Positions 61,140 to 64,000 of a DNA stretch of 64,000 nucleotides are shown here, one piece after another. Source of the DNA: Candidatus Saccharimonadota bacterium (lineage in GTDB: Bacteria; Patescibacteriota; Saccharimonadia; CAILAD01; BJGX01); assembly GCA_046350735.1 (NCBI GenBank), contig JAXLZU010000001.1, positions 307,950-371,949 on the forward strand, in the 5' to 3' direction. The notes under the pieces were generated by a model that was not told the origin of the DNA, searched no databases, and saw only the letters and a list, made by a program, of their open reading frames with translations. The translations under genes and the position numbers were made by a program. Position 1 is the stretch's first letter. The number at the start of each line of letters is the position of its first letter.

Positions 61140-61628
61140 ATGCCAAAACGTAAACAAAATAGCAAAGCCTATAGCTGGAATAGTAAGAACTCCACGGGAG
61201 TAATGTCTGCTCTAGATAAGGTCTTTGGAGAAAAAGGTCCACTTCAGCTGCCCAATTCTGTAAAAGATTGGGTGGCGGAGTGGGTTTGGGTGTTTGCACT
61301 TATTGGTGTAGTTATTCGTGGATTTGGCCTGCTAACTCTACTTGGGCTTGGTGCAGTATTTTCTGGAGTAGCAGCATCTACTGGCACATTTAGCTTCTTC
61401 TCGACTATTGGGTTTGGGATAGTATTTTTGGCTGCCGAGGGAATTTTGCTCCTTATATCTATTCCGGGCTTAAAACACAAAAGGCTACTTGGGTGGGACT
61501 TTGCCTTTTATGCCGAAGTAGTGGCCATTGTAGGTAATTTACTTAATCTAAATATAATTGGGGCAATCATCTCGGCGATTATTGGGTTTTATTTCTTGTT
61601 TCAGATTAGATCTCGATTTAGAAAATGA
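61140..61628 (+). CDS. Membrane protein
   Basis: Several TM helices; start uncertain (61140 or 61203). Confidence 0.7.
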   Translation: MPKRKQNSKAYSWNSKNSTGVMSALDKVFGEKGPLQLPNSVKDWVAEWVWVFALIGVVIRGFGLLTLLGLGAVFSGVAASTGTFSFFSTIGFGIVFLAAEGILLLISIPGLKHKRLLGWDFAFYAEVVAIVGNLLNLNIIGAIISAIIGFYFLFQIRSRFRK

Positions 61629-61876
61629 GCACAAAAAAACCAAAACGCTCCATTGCTCGAGACTTTGTCTTTTTGGTAAAAGCAGCTCTTTATCTTCTTT
61701 TGGGCACAATTTGGATTAGTTTTGGCGGCCATCGTTTGTTACCTGTGGGTCTAGTGCTGGGGTTTGGCTTCTCTCAGCTAGATTTTTTACGGATAGATAG
61801 AAAAATCGAATATGCATTATTGGTGGTTGGCGCACTTCTGGGTCTGTATGGCCTAGGCATTACAATTCAGCTATAG
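61625..61876 (+). CDS. Small membrane protein
   Basis: ATGA overlap with the upstream gene; TM helices; IDRKIEYA motif. Confidence 0.65.
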   Translation: MSTKKPKRSIARDFVFLVKAALYLLLGTIWISFGGHRLLPVGLVLGFGFSQLDFLRIDRKIEYALLVVGALLGLYGLGITIQL

Positions 61877-62045
61877 TTTTAGGGTTGACATTTCAGGTAA
61901 GTTTCTGATACACTACTAGGCGACTAAAGAAATCTTCTAGATAGTGAAGTTTTACTTCTCAAAAGTCACCCCAGCTGAACATAGGAAAGGTCGGTAAAAA
62001 CCGAAACCATCAAGTGTTCAGATATTATTTTTTAAATTTGTTTTT

Positions 62046-62657
62046 ATGAAAGCTTTAATCGCCCAAAAGATTGGTATGACTCAAGTGTTCTCGGAAAAGG
62101 GAACAGTTATTCCTGTTACATTACTTTTGGCAGGCCCATGTGTGGTGACTCAAGTTAAGACTGACGAGACTGATGGTTATAGTGCTGTTCAGCTTGGTTA
62201 TGGTGAAGCCAAAAAGTTGGCCAAACCACAGGTTGGCCATGTCAAAAAAAGTGGTGCTACCCCAAAGACTCTCAGCGAATTTAGAATTGAAGGTGAAGAC
62301 GATATGCCGAAAGTTGGTGATAGCATTACTGCCGAAGTTTTCTCTGTTGGTGACACTATAACCGTAAGTGGTGTTTCTAAAGGAAAAGGCTTTGCCGGAA
62401 CAATTAAGCGTCATAATTTTGCTCGTGGTCCAAAAACTCATGGTAGTCACAATTATCGGGCTCCAGGTTCGATAGGTGCTGGTTATCCACAGCATGTTTT
62501 TAAGGGTCAAAAAATGGCTGGTCATATGGGTAATGCACAGGTTACAACCAAGAATCTTACTGTGGCGCATGTAGATGCTAAAAACAACATTATTGGTATT
62601 AAAGGTGCCATTCCTGGACCTAAAAAATCAATTGTACGAATATGGGGGATCGCATAA
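62046..62657 (+). CDS. rplC: 50S ribosomal protein L3
   Basis: [28 protein letters not shown] motifs. Confidence 0.98.
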   Translation: MKALIAQKIGMTQVFSEKGTVIPVTLLLAGPCVVTQVKTDETDGYSAVQLGYGEAKKLAKPQVGHVKKSGATPKTLSEFRIEGEDDMPKVGDSITAEVFSVGDTITVSGVSKGKGFAGTIKRHNFARGPKTHGSHNYRAPGSIGAGYPQHVFKGQKMAGHMGNAQVTTKNLTVAHVDAKNNIIGIKGAIPGPKKSIVRIWGIA

Positions 62658-63313
62658 TGAAGGCTGCTACCTTTTCTAAGAATGGTACAAAAGCTGCCGA
62701 AACGGTATTACCAAAAGCAGTTTTTGAGGCAGAAGTAACCGAGGTTACCCTGCAACAAGCAGTAGTGCGTGCCAATGCTAATTTGCGTCACGCAAACGCC
62801 AAAACACTTACCCGTGCTGAAGTTCGGGGCGGTGGTCGTAAGCCATGGCGACAGAAAGGTACTGGTCGAGCTCGTTTTGGTTCGACACGCGTTCCTATCT
62901 GGCGAAGTGGTGGTGTTGCGCATGGCCCTCATGGAGAGCAAAACTACACCAAAGATATGCCCAAAAATATGGTTCACGCTAGTGTTCGTATGGCTCTTAC
63001 CACTCAAGCCAATACTGTTATTGTAGTCGAAAAGTTTGAAGTAAAAGAGCCAAAAACTCGCCTGGCAATAGATCTTATTGATAAGTTAAATGCCGAAGGT
63101 AATGTAATTATTATTTCATCAGCTCTAAGCGAGCCTACACTACTTGCACTTGCTAACGTGCCAGGTGTTATGGCAATTCGCCCAACCCAGTTACGGGCAT
63201 ACGATGTTATGATTGCCGATACTATTATTATCGAAAAGCCAGCTTTGAGCGACCTTGAAAAGCAGTATGGCAAAGCCACAAAACAACCGGCAGCTATGAA
63301 AGGTAGCAAATGA
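62657..63313 (+). CDS. rplD: 50S ribosomal protein L4
   Basis: [21 protein letters not shown]; TAATG coupling to rplC. Confidence 0.97.
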   Translation: MKAATFSKNGTKAAETVLPKAVFEAEVTEVTLQQAVVRANANLRHANAKTLTRAEVRGGGRKPWRQKGTGRARFGSTRVPIWRSGGVAHGPHGEQNYTKDMPKNMVHASVRMALTTQANTVIVVEKFEVKEPKTRLAIDLIDKLNAEGNVIIISSALSEPTLLALANVPGVMAIRPTQLRAYDVMIADTIIIEKPALSDLEKQYGKATKQPAAMKGSK

Positions 63314-63597
63314 AAACAGTAGGTTTACGACCAATTATTAGCGAGAAGAGCATGAATATGGCCGCCACAGGTGTATATATGTTTGAAGCTAATAAAGCAG
63401 CCAATAAGATGGAAATTGCTAGCGAAGTAGCCAAGCTCTTTAAGGTAAATGTAGTCGCTGTACGTACTACCATCCTAAAAGGCAAAGTAAAGCGCTTTAA
63501 GGGAGTTACAGGTACACGCAAAGATACCAAACGTGCCTTTGTACAGCTTAAAGAAGGTCAAAAGATTACTATTTTTGACGCCGAGGAGAAGAAATAA
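63310..63597 (+). CDS. rplW: 50S ribosomal protein L23
   Basis: [21 protein letters not shown]; S10 operon order. Confidence 0.95.
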   Translation: MKTVGLRPIISEKSMNMAATGVYMFEANKAANKMEIASEVAKLFKVNVVAVRTTILKGKVKRFKGVTGTRKDTKRAFVQLKEGQKITIFDAEEKK

Positions 63598-64000
63598 TGG
63601 CTACTCGAACCGTCAAACCAAATACTGGTGCTCGTCGCAACATGAGTTTTGCTGACTTCTCAAAACTTACTCGTAAAAAACCAGAAAAATCATTACTTAT
63701 TAGCAAGAAGCAAAAAGCTGGTCGTAACAACACAGGGAAGATAACAATACGTCATCGTGGCGGTGGTGCTAAAAAACATATACGAATAGTTGATTTTCGT
63801 CTCGATAGTGTTGAAGATGCAAAAATCTTGGCGTTCGAATACGACCCAAATCGTAGCGCTCGTCTGGCTCTCTTGCAACTAAGTGACAATAGTAAAGCGT
63901 ATATCTTGGCTACAACTGGTATGAAGATTGGTCAGACTATTAGTGCTGGTAAAGAAGTTGAAATCCGTTCTGGTAACCGACTCAAATTACGAGATATCCC
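63597..64000 (+). CDS. rplB: 50S ribosomal protein L2 (runs off the window end)
   Basis: Manual translation: [14 protein letters not shown]...GRNNTGKITIRHRGGG...EYDPNRSA. Confidence 0.95.
   Translation, partial: MATRTVKPNTGARRNMSFADFSKLTRKKPEKSLLISKKQKAGRNNTGKITIRHRGGGAKKHIRIVDFRLDSVEDAKILAFEYDPNRSARLALLQLSDNSKAYILATTGMKIGQTISAGKEVEIRSGNRLKLRDI

Noticed and set aside
1-64000. CRISPR array, IS element, prophage or diversity-generating retroelement
   Set aside because: I saw no regularly spaced direct repeats, transposase, terminase or capsid, reverse transcriptase, or template/variable repeat pair.

Overview
This is a bacterial chromosome segment with a core backbone almost entirely on the + strand: gatA-gatB, dnaE, rplS, rnhB, yraN, nusA-clpC, radA-PIN/TRAM, an ABC transporter, PBP1A, tyrS, recG, purF, rsmD, murA, tRNA-Leu(TAG), tig-clpP, rpoBC, rpsL-rpsG, fusA, tuf-rpsJ and rplC-D-W-B. 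Gene content and protein style suggest Patescibacteria/CPR (inference). Three things stand out. (1) About 17 small, mostly antisense transcription units interrupt conserved operons at gene junctions. They largely share one architecture: a -35/17 bp/-10 promoter, a leader with a G-N-A-C-C-Y motif, an SD, unrelated cargo ORF(s), and a hairpin that often has the stop codon in its loop, followed by GGTTTTT(T)AT. In tandem arrays one unit's terminator tail is fused to the next unit's -35 box, which suggests an undescribed gene-cassette system. No integrase lies in the window. (2) A ~1.05 kb GC-rich, heavily base-paired putative large ncRNA (about 34050-35095) has its own promoter and terminator, a loop-E/sarcin-ricin-like motif and an embedded non-canonical tRNA-like cloverleaf. 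(3) A leaderless W-F-Y-F leader-peptide attenuator follows it. Also seen: a CIRCE operator at nusA-clpC, many leaderless core genes, and a P-loop kinase / MazG-like / mini class II aaRS-like operon. All family assignments come from motif recognition by eye, not database searches.
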